Source: Callorhinchus milii
Taxonomy: Eukaryota
Assembly: GCF_018977255.1 (NCBI RefSeq)
Contig: NW_024704839.1
Location: 1-64,000 of the forward strand
Direction of reading: 5' to 3'
Length of the DNA: 64,000 nt
Of this stretch, positions 12,395-23,662 are shown piece after piece. The first letter of the stretch is position 1. Every line of letters begins with the position of its first letter. The translations under genes were made by a program, and so were the position numbers. Below the pieces are notes generated by a model that saw only the letters and a program-made list of their open reading frames with translations, was not told where the DNA came from and made no database searches.

Positions 12395-13110
12395 TTAAAA
12401 GGTGGAGGAAACTGGAGATCCGGAAAAAAAACCCCACACATGCGAGGCGGAAACACTCAACCCCATACAGACGGAACAGGTGGAGTCCACATTTTTGTTG
12501 TACTGCCTTCTCCTGGCAAGCCAGGATACGGCGTCCACGGGAAAGGGAGTAATCCACCAACCCTTACCTCCACTAGACTGGAGTGGTGGGCTGCGCCAAT
12601 GATGGGGGCCTTTATTCTTCCGCATTGCAACAGCAATGCTTCCGGACAAATCTAAGAAATGTCCGGAGTCGCTGCCGCACTCGTGCAAATCTCCGCCCAG
12701 GCCCCCTCGATGCCTTCGTTCCGGTGTTGGCGACAGCTTCACTTGTCGCTTGATGGCTGTGCTGGTGTTCCACCAGGGCAGTGTGGGAACTGCCGCTCGA
12801 GCTGCTGCGCTGGTGTTCCACCAGGGCAGTGTGGGAACTGGCGCTCGATCTGCTGTGCTGGTGTTCCACCAGGGCAGTGTGGGAACTGGCCGCTCGTGCT
12901 GCTGTGCTGGTGTTCCACCAGGGCAGTGTGGGAACTGGCGCTCGATCTGCTGTGCTGGTGTTCCACCAGGGCAGTGTGGGCACTGGCGCTCGATCTGCTG
13001 TGCTGGTGTTCCACCAGGGTAGTGTGGGCACTGGCGCTCGAGCTGAAAGAGAGTTGTAAGTGCCACTGTTATGCCTCTGTCTGTCTTTCATTATTTGTGC
13101 TGAAACTTTC
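12395..13110 (-). CDS. Kinase last exon with six 16-aa repeats (frameshift near 12890)
   Basis: AG acceptor at 13111-13112. Phase joins SRL|KVSAQIMK. Repeat is APVPTLPWWNTSTADR. Confidence 0.6.
12400..12560 (-). mobile_element. SINE-like repeat with a V-domain-like segment (second copy at ~18210-18362)
   Basis: GGAGGAAACTGGAGATCCGGAAAAAAAACCCCAC is the reverse of the V-SINE core, and the two copies align. Confidence 0.55.
12756..13042. repeat. 48-bp tandem repeat, 6 copies
   Basis: TTCCACCAGG recurs at 12768, 12816, 12864, 12913, 12961 and 13009 (one 49-bp step). Confidence 0.95.
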
Positions 13111-13519
13111 CTACTGCAGTACAATTCCATTATCTATCCTACGACTACTCCCTGCCCTGCCCCACGGCCACAACCAGGACTACCCCTATCAGAATATATT
13201 CAGAATCAGAATATTGATTTAGACTGTGGGAATATTACGACCTATAAAGCTCCTTCTCACAGATGTCAAGTACATCACTGCCCCTACCCCTATCGCTACC
13301 CCAAACGATCAAGCAGAGTGGTGGGAATTCCCCATTCCCATAGCAGGGGCCAATCTATAAATGAAGACCAATGTAAGAATTATGTCCAGTACTGCTGGAC
13401 ATTATACTGGACATCCGTGAAAAAGAGCTTCATAGCTTATCGAATTTGAAAAACATCAAAGTCACTTCATGAGAACTTAACCGACACAAATATTCTTCAA
13501 GATGCACGTGGAGACTCAC

Positions 13520-13750
13520 AATCGGCTCTTGGATGACACGAAATGTTTCTCGAGATCTAACCCAGAATCATTCGTCCTTCCCTTTTCGCATTGGCTCACA
13601 CGATCCACCTCCACGATCTCGTCCATTTTAATCGATGCGTCCACTGCATCCGGTTCATTGTGACTAGCGTGGCTTTCGACCTTGGTGCCATCCTGAATCC
13701 ACTTGGAGCTCAAAGCCCCTTCAGGCGTGAGCCGGCGAACGGGATCCCAC
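13520..13750 (-). CDS. Kinase exon, subdomain XI (WDPVRRLTPEGALSSKWI) plus tail
   Basis: ggcAG acceptor, GTGAGT donor, phase 2-2. Confidence 0.75.
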
Positions 13751-14017
13751 CTGCCAAAATATAAACGGGGAATCGTCAGGGTTCAGTTACCGTCTACATT
13801 TCTTCTAGGTGTGGCACATGCAATTATTTACATTCATTGTGCTAACGAATGTAAGAAGGCACAAGGCCAGAAATATTGCCCTGTTATGACACAAAGCCAC
13901 TTCCTGTCAGTAAAACATCACTCTTAGTAGTGTGTACTCTTTTATGAAAGTGCTGATGGTGAACACGAAAATAATTATGAATTAAGATAATATGTAGACA
14001 GTGCAGTTATATCTTAC

Positions 14018-14135
14018 TCAAGGCATCCTTCGACGAAATCGATTATCTCTCTGTTCGTATTCCAAAGCTTTTTCTCAATAGAGGAGGTGTTTGGAAAGAC
14101 CTTCCTGCCGTCCACCCTGTGGCACCCATTCTTGT
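14018..14135 (-). CDS. Kinase exon, CMGC-insert region (DKNGCHRVDGRKVFP...IIDFVEGCLE)
   Basis: acacAG acceptor, GTAAG donor, phase 1-2. Confidence 0.7.
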
Positions 14136-14300
14136 CTGTGTTGGAGAGAAAATGAGTGAAACGAGTTCCGAGGAATAAGAACAAAGTACATTTCGATTTA
14201 AAGCTTTCGTGACTGCAGGGATTCATCTTCTTGGTTCTTTCGGTAAAGTCACGTAGAATGGAAATAATAAAATAATAAAAATAAAACATAATAAAATAAT

Positions 14301-14348
14301 TCTCACGACGTTTCGGCCACAACGCAAGCAGCCGTCCTCAGGTGAAGA
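14301..14348 (-). ncRNA. Minimal hammerhead motif (subfamily A, CUGAGGA core)
   Basis: Reverse complement reads TTCAC-CTGAGGA-C-GGCTGC-TTGCGTT-GTGGCC-GAAACGTC-GTGAGA. Confidence 0.7.
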
Positions 14349-14387
14349 CCAGGTCTGTAATTTGTATTGTTGGGAAGACAGACCTGG

Positions 14388-14436
14388 TCTTCACCTGATG
14401 ACGGCTGCTTGCGTTGTGGCCGAAACGTCGTGAGAA
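14388..14436 (+). ncRNA. Minimal hammerhead motif (subfamily A)
   Basis: TTCAC-CTGATGA(14395-14401)-C-GGCTGC-TTGCGTT-GTGGCC-GAAA(14422-14425)-CGTC/GTGAG. Confidence 0.75.
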
Positions 14437-14580
14437 TTATTTTATATGTTTTATTATTATTTTATTATTTCCCTTCTACGTGACTTACCAAAAGAACCAA
14501 GAAGAAGAACAAAGTACATTACGGCAATGCTTGCCTGAATAATTGTGACAACAGAAGTAGCAACCTGCCCTCCCACTCAC

Positions 14581-14640
14581 CCGTGGAAATGTGCATTCTG
14601 GTCGCAGCATCAATCATAGGACTGGTGGGAGACCAAGAAT
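14581..14640 (-). CDS. Kinase exon (ILGLP...PMIDAATRMHIST) with a 1-nt deletion
   Basis: cacAG acceptor and GTGAGT donor. It is 60 nt where 61 are needed, giving an in-frame TGA at ~14614-14616. Confidence 0.65.
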
Positions 14641-15218
14641 CTGTGCACAGGTCACAGTGAAATTAATATACATGGGTTAGGTCATTGGACTGTGTGTATC
14701 GTAAACATACATACAGTAGACTTCCTCAAATGTAAAGGTCTATAAAACTGAAACGTTTATTCCCAAGAACTGCACATCCTTTTACACCACTGCCAAATAG
14801 ATTTAATTTGTATTGGGTACTTAATTAACAAATATTGCCCTTTGAAGGTGACTTCAGGAACCTTCGGGACGAACAATGAACCCGAAGAATGGAAAGGGTA
14901 AAAGTCTGTCACTCTGAGTTATTATGACCAAGGCCAAATCACATCATACGTGTCCAACTAGTGTCTGATCACATTAAAGATATGTCTATTCTCTATGTAC
15001 ATACTGGCAGCAGAGCAACATTTGTTCCCATGGAATGAGGCCAAAAGTATGATTGCTCCACAGATTACTTGAACCGTGTATTGCAATCCAGGGCAGTCTC
15101 CTATATCGTTGTTAGCGACTAATGGACCATCACTCAGCATTAGCAGTGTGAGCCGGCTCAACTAAAACTAAGCCATAGGCTTCAAAATCATAAATAATGA
15201 GATTATATTTTGCCATAT

Positions 15219-15394
15219 TTCAGGTACCGTGATCATTCGGTCAATTGGATTTCCTGTTGCCGTGAAAAGTGACTCCCCAGAAGCGAGCTCGGCAATTATG
15301 CAGCCCAGGGACCACATGTCCACTGCGCAGGTGAGTTCGAGGCCCAGTAATATCTCTGGAGCCATGTACTCGAACGTTCCGAAAAATCCGAAAA
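15219..15394 (-). CDS. Kinase exon, subdomains VIII-X (FGFFGTFEYMAPE...DMWSLGCIIAEL...DRMITVPE)
   Basis: gtgcAG acceptor. The expected donor reads ATATGG, and there is a weak alternative GT donor after 15228. Confidence 0.85.
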
Positions 15395-15754
15395 CTGCAC
15401 ACACACACAGAGGAATAGCACTGATTGAGCGAGGAGATCATGCACGTTATTTGCTTAGATTTTTTAGTGCACGCGGATTTTAAAAAACATGTTATAGGAT
15501 GTTAACCTTTATAATTCTATACAGCAATTGAATGTGTATCTTTCTACAACTGGGTCAAAACTGGAAAAGCGTGAGTGGCACTCCAAGAGATGGTTTGAAT
15601 TTTGGGTAAAGTTGTTTGCAAGCACCTATTAAGGCCTATATGACCTATTAAGGCCTCTGTGGCTGAGGATTAAACTGAGTCACTGAGATTGTAGTGCACT
15701 GCAGTGCTGCTCACCATGCCACGTTTCCACACGCACACACATAAGAATAACAGT

Positions 15755-16215
15755 CGCCATTTGCCACTAAGTGGCGGTGACGTCACCACGGCGCCTGTGC
15801 CAGGCCAGGTGCACTTTGAGGCCACTTGAAGTGTCGAAGGTTCACCGACAGGTCACGGGACCGAAATGAGTGGCAGATGCACCAACTATGCCCCCTGTTG
15901 TGCCAACACACATATAAGACAAAGATCCCCCGTGTAGCCTTAGCAGACTGTTGGGGCAAGTGCTGTTCACGAGCACCTATGAAGGCCGGCACGGCACACG
16001 AGGGGGTGGGGTGGCCAGCACTACGCCCGGCTGATTTTGTCTCCCTAGTGGCGATGTTTACTACACACCGCACTAGGTGCTAAGTTGGGGCTGAGTCGAC
16101 CTAGGGGGACCCAGCACCGGTTCAGATAATCGTCACTTGTGTCGGCCATGAGCGGGAATCGGGGCGGCCAGGTGCGTAGCGCACTGCGCTAACCGCTGCA
16201 CTAGCACTCCCACTC
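15755..16215 (-). mobile_element. tRNA-derived SINE and adjoining repeat (related segments at 27910-28290)
   Basis: Reverse A/B-box-like head near 16150-16210. Segments align with 27912-28285. Confidence 0.55.
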
Positions 16216-16286
16216 GTATATCCACGAAGATTCACAAAGACACACAGAGACACACCCTCGCACGAAACACAAGTAAAACCACTCAC

Positions 16287-16368
16287 TTGGCTTCGTCATC
16301 ATGACACTCACGCCAAAATCAATTATCCTGATGTTGCCGGTTGCATGGTCTTTGACCATGGTGTTTTC
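16287..16368 (-). CDS. Kinase exon with DFG (ENTMVKDHATGNIRIIDFGVSVMMTKP)
   Basis: ttttctAG acceptor, GTGAGT donor, phase 0-1. Confidence 0.85.
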
Positions 16369-16814
16369 CTAGAAAAAAAATAACAAAGGGCAATAGTGGT
16401 TAACGTTCAAATGTGTTCATGGCATGCAGCTCCTACCGTTTAGACATCCAGTTAAGACTGCATTTTACATATTCAGTTTAAGGTGGTTCTCTCCTTTACT
16501 CGTGTAAGAAATGTGTCTAACTTTGGGCCAATTGTAGCTGTTGTCATTGTGACGAATGTAAATTAGAATCTCTTCAAATAAACTGCAGAGTGAGCTCGAG
16601 AGCAAGAAGAGATAGACAATGTCCAAGATTGAAACGAGTGTCGATTATTTTTATACATTTATGAAAACAAAAACATTCGTGTTGTTCAATGCGGTATAAG
16701 GTGCAGGGTGTATGGTTTTTAATTTTAGAGTTACGGGAGAGGCATCTTTCGTCACAGTTGCCTCAAGGCAACACAAATCCATGAATGACGCAGTATGCTA
16801 TTGTATTTACTTAC

Positions 16815-16950
16815 CGGCTTCAGGTCGCCATAAATGATGGCCTCCTTCTTAAGTTTTGCCAGGGCTGTCAACAGGGATCTTGCATAGAGCCTGATTGTTG
16901 ACGGCGCAAAGATCGTGGAGTTGGCCTGGAATTGATCAAATAGGTCGGTG
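16815..16950 (-). CDS. Kinase exon with catalytic loop (...IIYGDLKP)
   Basis: tgcAG acceptor, GTAAGT donor, phase 2-0. Confidence 0.85.
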
Positions 16951-17228
16951 CTGCAAGACAAGATACCGTCAATGGTTATTTCCCTGCCACTTCTTGGTCA
17001 ATGCTTAGGCTCGCTTCATGAACTCGGGGACTTGTGTTTTACAATAGTTTAGGATTTTTATCATGTAAAACCAAATTAAAATTTCTCCCAGGGGAATGAT
17101 GATGAAACATGACCTGCATATTGGGTTTGAGAAATATAATAATATCAACTTATAACATGCACAGTAATCACTCACAGTAATATAAAGAGAAAATTACTCA
17201 GAGGTACGAGGAACCACAAACAGAAAAT

Positions 17229-17557
17229 TTCGATTTAAAACTTTCGTGACTGCAGGGATTCATCTTCTTGGTTCTTTCGGTAAAGTCACGTAGAAGGGAA
17301 ATAATAAAATAATAAAAATAAAACATAATAAAATACAATTCTCACGACGTTTCGGCCACAACCCAAGCAGCTGTCCTCAGGTGAAGAACAGGGCTGTCGG
17401 AAAGATTCGGACGCTGTCTTTCTGACAGCCCTGTTCTTCACCTGAGGACGGCTGCTTGCGTTGTGGCCGAAACGTCGTGAGAATGTTATTTTATTACGTT
17501 TAATCTTTATTATTTTATTATTTCCCTTCGACGTGACTTTACCGAAAGAACCAAGAA
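17229..17557. mobile_element. Palindromic Penelope-like insertion, hammerheads on both arms (17341-17388 minus, 17433-17483 plus)
   Basis: Same arms as the 14193 copy. Imperfect TSD CACAAACAGAAA / CACAAACAGGAA. Confidence 0.8.
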
Positions 17558-17655
17558 CACAAACAGGAAGTCAACCAAGTGATGAGGAGGCGCCAACAGA
17601 TGCCTAAGCTCTGCGGTCTTGTATATATCAAGGTATTATCAACAACATTTTGAAC

Positions 17656-17908
17656 CTATGAGACATCTCCTTTACCAGTGGCAAAATATAGTAATACGTT
17701 TTTACCCTTTCAACTGGTACAAAACTGACACCTTTATACAAGGCATCATGTTTGCAATAACTACAACACAAGCAGTCTGTTTGCATTTTGACTGCTTGTG
17801 TTGTGGTTATTGCAAACATGATGCCTTGTATAAAGGTGTCAGTTTTGTACCAGTTGAAAGGGTAAAAATCTATTACTATATTTCGCCACTGGTAAAGATG
17901 TCTCATAG
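17656..17908. repeat. Second-family long hairpin (~120-bp arms, 12-nt loop); further copies of the arm at ~18090-18195 (+) and ~43020-43215 (-)
   Basis: CTATGAGACATCT...GCAGTC / GACTGC...AGATGTCTCATAG. ORFs on both strands translate almost identically. Confidence 0.85.
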
Positions 17909-18483
17909 TGTAAATGCTTACTCCGTGCTCTCAATACTCTGATAGTGCGCTGTTTTTGAGTTGTACGCCTTTTGGCGTCATCTGGTCCAACACCAATGGA
18001 GACTAGGCTCTAAGGAAAGCTGTCTCGGGTGTGTACCAATCAACTTCAAGGACAGTGCATATCATTATCATCATCAGAGTTGTTTCTTTTTGTTTGCATT
18101 TTGACTGCTTGTGTTGTGGTTATTGCAAACATGATGCCTTGTATAAAGGTGTCAGTTTTGTACCAGTTGAAAGGGTAAAAACCTATTACAACATTTTGAG
18201 CGTTTACATGTTGGAAGGAACCGGAGCCCCCAGACAAACCCCACACTTTCGAGGGGGACAATACTCTGTCCCATACAGGTGGAACAGGTAGAGTCGACAT
18301 TTGTGTTCTACTGCCCTCTCCTGACAAGCCAGGGTATCACACCTCGACGCCCACGGTAGGGAGTTTCGTTCATAGGGCTCATTATGAGAATTTGCTGTTG
18401 CATCTGGTTTCATGATGAAGGTAATGGGTGAGACAGGACATTGCGGTAGGTAGCAATGTTGTTTACAGATAACGAGAAACATT

Positions 18484-18668
18484 ACTCTTGGTTCTTTCGG
18501 TAAAGTCACGTATAAATATAAAATAATAAATTAAATAATAGCATACGACGTTTCGATTGCAACACAAGCAATCATCATCAGGTATTATTTAATTTATTAT
18601 TTTATCTTTATACGTGACTTTACCGAAAGAACCAAGAGTAATTCCTGCAGTCACGAAAGCTCCAAAAT
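18484..18668. mobile_element. Palindromic Penelope-like insertion with a minus-strand hammerhead (18542-18585, subfamily B)
   Basis: 14-bp TSD TAACGAGAAACATT at 18470-18483 and 18669-18682. Confidence 0.85.
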
Positions 18669-18884
18669 TAACGAGAAACATTGTTTACTGTATTTGTAAT
18701 TATTATGAAGTGCTATGTTTTAATGTGCTGTACAATGTAAAATGGTGGTACCACTCTAATTAAGGTGGGAGAGTATCGTTGCATCATAAACAGTTACGTG
18801 CCAGGTTAAGGAGGCACCCATGTCCATTTCATCTTTTAAAAACTACCAATAAAGCCTTAAAATAAAACGGCTGGGACATTCCGA

Positions 18885-19265
18885 TGGGTGGTGACATGGC
18901 CTAATGGCAGTAGGATCCCCGCCTTTCGTCGAGGTTCATGGTTCGAATCCAGCAGCCTCCCTGATTAATGCAGCTCTAATAATAGCACGCACCGTGTCTG
19001 TCTCACAGCCGATGTCAAATTCGAAAATTACCCAAAAAATTACTTTAATTGCCGTTGTACAACTTAGGAATCATCGCCCCCCCCCCCTACTGGCAATCTA
19101 ATACCCCAGGTCACTGTTGCAAATGAGACGCATCCTGGTCTAATCTTAATTTTGGAGCTTTCGTGACTGCAGGAATTATTCTTTGGTTATTTCGGTAAAG
19201 TCACGTGACTTTACCGAAAGAACCAAAGAATAATGCATCCTGGTCTCTTAAGTTCTCACCTGCTC
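18885..19265 (+). mobile_element. tRNA-derived SINE, interrupted by the 19142-19234 insertion
   Basis: A box TGGCCTAATGG and B box GGTTCGAATCC. The 3' part resembles 20450-20530. Confidence 0.55.
19142..19234. mobile_element. Minimal loop-less palindromic Penelope-like insertion (no ribozyme retained)
   Basis: 12-bp TSD GCATCCTGGTCT at 19130-19141 and 19235-19246. Centre is AAAGTCACGTGACTTT. Confidence 0.85.
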
Positions 19266-19369
19266 AAACAAAAAAAAAATATCTGAAATTCAGCGAATGT
19301 TATCTGCACGTTTTAAAAACTTGCTTGAGATAAACACGATGTTGGCGCACATATGTGATATTTACTTAC

Positions 19370-19510
19370 GTGATGAGCTCCATAATGAAGGCGGGATGAT
19401 GTCTGAACAGAAGGTGTCCGAGAAATCTAATAATGCAGTTATTTTCTGTGTCCTTGGACTGCAACGCATTCATGATATGCGCCTCCATTCTGCATTTCTG
19501 AATGTTGTTG
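19370..19510 (-). CDS. Kinase exon, helix C to hinge (NNIQKCRMEAHIMNALQ...FRHHPAFIMELI)
   Basis: cacAG acceptor, GTAAGT donor, phase 2-2. Confidence 0.8.
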
Positions 19511-20667
19511 CTGTGGAGGGAATGCATCGATAAGTCTCACCCCACTCTTTAAGTCTTGCATATTTTTAGGCATTATCACACACATGGGATGGCTCAGTCA
19601 ACAGAGCTCCAGAATCATGGCTATGAGCGCTTAATCCCGGTCAACGTCGACATCGTCCCTGCCCGGTCGACGTAATCAGCGCCAACTGGGGAAGCTGCAC
19701 CAATTGGTTGGGAAGTTGTCAATGGTCGTTACTCGAAGGAGTTACCGCATCCCATCTCAGTGAGGTGAAAATTGTGCACCACTGGATTATGATCACTGTA
19801 GTTTTTGAGCTATGTTAAGCGAGTAAGGTAGAAAGTGTCCTGCTGCTCCAACCCAAACTGTGGACGATATTGTCAACCAATGTAGTCTTTGCTGCTTTAA
19901 TGTGGAATTGCAAAAGTAAAACAAAAATCTCTCCTGAAGACCTCTTGTGGCTAGCAGACCTTGGCATTGGTATTTAGTGCCTGAACATGTTGCCATATAG
20001 AAGAATAGAATATAATGAGCAAAAGGGCAGCACTCATCCACGCTGTTGGTCAGTGGTTTGATCGCCACGTTCACGTGGCAGGCACCATAAAATTACATAT
20101 TGCCTCTTCATGACAAATCAAACATTATTTTGATGGTGTTTGATGACATTTATGAAATTATAAACTCATACAGAAACAACAGCTTCTGATAGAGATGGAT
20201 ACATGACCCGGCAGCAGCACGTTCGCCACTCGTTGCAGAGGTTCAAGGTTCGATTCAAGTGGCCGCTCTTATTAATACTGCGGGTGTATAACCATAATGC
20301 ATGCTGTCTGCTTCGATGGATGCTAAAGATCACCTGACGTAATTTGCAAGAGTATGCCACTGTGTGCTTGTAACTGGGTACAATGTTTGCCAATATCGAA
20401 ACCTACACCACAAATCCCTCAATTTGTATTGTGCAACATAGCAATCATTGTCCCCTACTGGCAGATTAATGCTCCAAGTCACTCTTGCAAATGAGACTCA
20501 TCATGGTCTCTTCAGTTCTCACGAGGTTAAACAAAATCAACTTTAAAATTATTACTGTTTAGACTTCCTCTGAAATGTGTAAATTAACACAAATTCTTAC
20601 AAGCTATGGTTCTCTTCACGAATTCAGATCTTTTTAAAATGTGGTCCATGTCGTTGTTCAAACTTAC

Positions 20668-20804
20668 GTAGAAGTGTTCGCTAGCATCTTGATGGCCACT
20701 TCTTTTTTCGTCTTGTGGTCCAGGCATCGGAGTACCTGCCCAAAGGACCCCTTCCCAATCACATTCAGTACTTGGAAGCGGTACACCAAGTGTTCATCCG
20801 TGAT
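20668..20804 (-). CDS. Kinase exon, Gly-loop and VAIK (EHLVYRFQVLNVIGKGSFGQVLRCLDHKTKKEVAIKM)
   Basis: ttccAG acceptor, GTAAGT donor, phase 0-2. Confidence 0.9.
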
Positions 20805-21107
20805 CTGGAACAAGATTACACAAGTGTTCAGTACTCAACCAGGGCCCTCTCTGAGTGCTCAAACATTACTCAGTCTAAACACACGGCTCATTCAAGTTCT
20901 CATTTATCAGTCACTGGTTTGACATTCACACACTCATGCACATGTCTGAGCTCTCTCTGATGTCTCTGCCAAATACATCTTTGCCTCACGCTGGAAACCA
21001 CTAAATCATTCTATGCAAAGTGTGGGTTATAGAATGTCCTTTATCTGTATTTATGAAGCTTTTTTCTCAGAGCTGGATGACAAAGATAGTCACTACATCG
21101 CGCGCTT

Positions 21108-21200
21108 CGAGATGCACTTCTGCTGCTGTCTGGAATGCTCTTCCTTCCGATATTAGGAAGCCACTGGAGCGATGCACTGTTAAATCTAGATTTAAAACCC
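21108..21200 (+). mobile_element. L2/CR1-type LINE 3' end fragment (second copy at 26095-26215)
   Basis: WNALPSDIR...FK..LKT motif, shared between the two copies. Confidence 0.55.
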
Positions 21201-21646
21201 AAAATCACAGATGCCAAATTTCAGGCCCTTTCTCCTTCAGCCTCGTTCACTTTTACATAGCCATGTTCATTCAATTCCCGGATTCCACCCACACAGTTAG
21301 TGGCCTCACTCTGTATGCCCTGCATACTATACTCATAGGCTATGCCAACCCCACCCACTACTCAGGTAGCCCCACCTTTTGGTCGTATCAAGAGTTGAGC
21401 ATTAGGCCAGAACATTTTCATCGATACAAATTCAAAAAAAAAATTGTAGTTGCTTTGTGGCACCAGGAGAGCCTTTCTGAAAATGTCCAAAACCAGGACA
21501 TTGAGTCGCTTAACATTTAAGTGTTCTTCACATAGAAAATCATGAGCAACATATTAGGTATACACGTGCGTGTAAGGGATGTTGTGGTTTATAGTGGAAT
21601 GCATGATTTAGTTGCAATGAGCATGGCCCATATTGGAGAGTCTTAC

Positions 21647-21795
21647 CGGAATGTAGTGGTCGTTGATGTCATCGTAGCCATTATTGGAAGGGCCATTTCG
21701 TTCAGAACGAATCTTGAAATAATAAACTTCATTGATTTTCAATATTTCTCGACGTTCCTGCACTGTCATTCTGTCTTTGAATTTGTCCAAGACTT
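21647..21795 (-). CDS. Kinase exon, NAPA/DH-box region (EVLDKFKDRMTVQERREI...NNGYDDINDHYIP)
   Basis: gtgcAG acceptor, GTAAGA donor. Aligns with the class-2 DYRK N-terminal accessory region. Confidence 0.8.
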
Positions 21796-22062
21796 CTGCA
21801 CACACACATGCCCAAAGACACACATGGTCATTCATGCACATATACACGTGTGCAACAAACGTAATTACAATCACAAATAAACCGAGCACATAATGTTACA
21901 CTTAACAAAGAGACTCGATTTGGGCCTCTTGTATGTGTGCTGTTAACGGATTTGTAAAGCCATTTAGGGATTGGCTCTAGATAGATGTGGATGTGTGTTT
22001 GTTATAGAGGAGTGTGGCAGTAATTCATGTGGTGAATGATGCTGAATAAAGTGAAGTAAAAC

Positions 22063-22120
22063 CTTGTGGTGTGCAGCTCATCCCTGCCACTGGGAAGACG
22101 ACTTCATCTAATGGATTTGC
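22063..22120 (-). CDS. Kinase N-terminal exon (ANPLDEVVFPVAGMSCTPQ)
   Basis: aacAG acceptor, GT donor. Phase 0-1 joins to give TPQEVLDKF. Confidence 0.55.
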
Positions 22121-23012
22121 CTGTTTTTGTCACACAGATGCACACAGAGAGGCACACGTGAACATGCAGGCAAGCATACAGACATGGACATTTCTACAGA
22201 GACACAGTGGTACACCCACAAACACCCACTGAGAGACTGCTTGTGGAAGGGCCTAAATCGCAGGGAGCTCTCAGAGGATTACCCTAGAGGGTAATTTTTG
22301 GCCATCACTTCCGCGAGAACATGAAACGGTGCCCATATTCCCAGAAGCTAATGGCCAATTCCATAAAACATTTTAAACTGCATTTTTCATTGATTTCTAA
22401 TTTACAAAAATATGACTGAAGGGTCAATTGATGAAAGTATTTTATTAAACTGGTTCCAGGTCACGCACCTAACCGCATTCATGAAGTCCAAGTAGAGCTA
22501 CGACCAAAGTGTGCTGTGTAGTAAGCTTGTGTGTGTTTGTGTCCTGGTAGGTTCACTAGTACTAGAGTCCCTTACTGCAAACTCAGCTGATAAGCATTGC
22601 CTTGAATGTTTCACGAGTCTACCGTGTGTATGCGTGTTTGTGCCATTAGGTCAAAGCAGCCCGTCATGGTCCTGATTACCGCACCACCATTTCGAGTGCA
22701 CCACCGTACTAGTTGTAATAGATGTTTACTAACAGCACTTGCCCCAACAGTCTATAGAGCTTACACGAGTTGGGGGGGGGGGGTGGTGGAACTTTGTTTC
22801 TTTGCTGTCAGGTAATAAACACATTTGGTGAAGTGACCTGAAAGCCTGCACTGTGTGTCGGGCTTGTGGTCTGTGTCAATTGTATGTTAGAATGTCAGTT
22901 AAATATGTAGTCCACGACTACTACAACCGAAGAAGTGAACTTGTCTCTGCATTGTGCTTATAAGAGTTTGCTGTCAAGTGAGTTGCTATCCGTACATTCG
23001 GCGAACACTTAC

Positions 23013-23066
23013 CTTGTGCACAGGTGCAGAGTTATCAGCGAGTTGAGCCTTCTCCAAAAGATCGTT
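23013..23066 (-). CDS. Kinase N-terminal exon (NDLLEKAQLADNSAPVHK)
   Basis: gacAG acceptor, strong AAG|GTAAGT donor, phase 0-0. Confidence 0.5.
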
Positions 23067-23662
23067 CTGTCACACAGCAAAAGTATAATATTAAAACCTC
23101 AACAATCTCCTTTGACATTCTTCATTCAACCAAGTTTAGAGCAGCAAGGGAGACCTGTCCAGCAGATGTGACACTCTCCTGGAACTGTCTTCAAATGGGA
23201 GTTAAAATCCACGTTTAGATATTGAGAATACAGCTCGTTCTTCCTTGAAGGGTTCCTGAAAAAATTAAGTGCCACTTTGTGGTAATCAATTAGTTGTCCG
23301 TATATTTAAATATGAGCCTCGCCATACGAATGTGGAATTTACACCACAGGGAAATCACTACCGATGACATGAAGCGTCATAGCTTATTGAGCCCTTCCGC
23401 AACCATCACCAACAACATCTACCTAAACCACAATCGCCATTAGCATCACTAGCACCACCACGAAAATTGTCTCTGCCATCACCACAATCACCACCAAACA
23501 GCAACTAAACTATTACCTATCACTACAATTACAATCTTCACGTAAGTATCACTTGCAACACTCAACACGAGCAAAGAGGAGCTTCCCTATCACCATCAAC
23601 ACAATCACCAAGACCATGACAAACATCATAGTACCATCTTTAACATCATTACCATCACTTAC

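Larger units (their letters stand above)
14193..14504. mobile_element. Palindromic Penelope-like insertion with hammerheads on both arms
   Basis: Long inverted arms, one with a ~35-nt extension. 16-bp TSD AAGAACAAAGTACATT at 14177-14192 and 14505-14520. Confidence 0.85.

Noticed and set aside
14193-14504. Reading the palindromes as classical MITEs or rho-independent terminators
   Set aside because: Arms are asymmetric, TSDs are long and variable, and the ribozyme motif fits Penelope-like retroelements better.
18885-18960. tRNA gene
   Set aside because: A and B boxes are present but there is no complete cloverleaf, and it continues into a SINE body. The same applies to 39215 and 41600.
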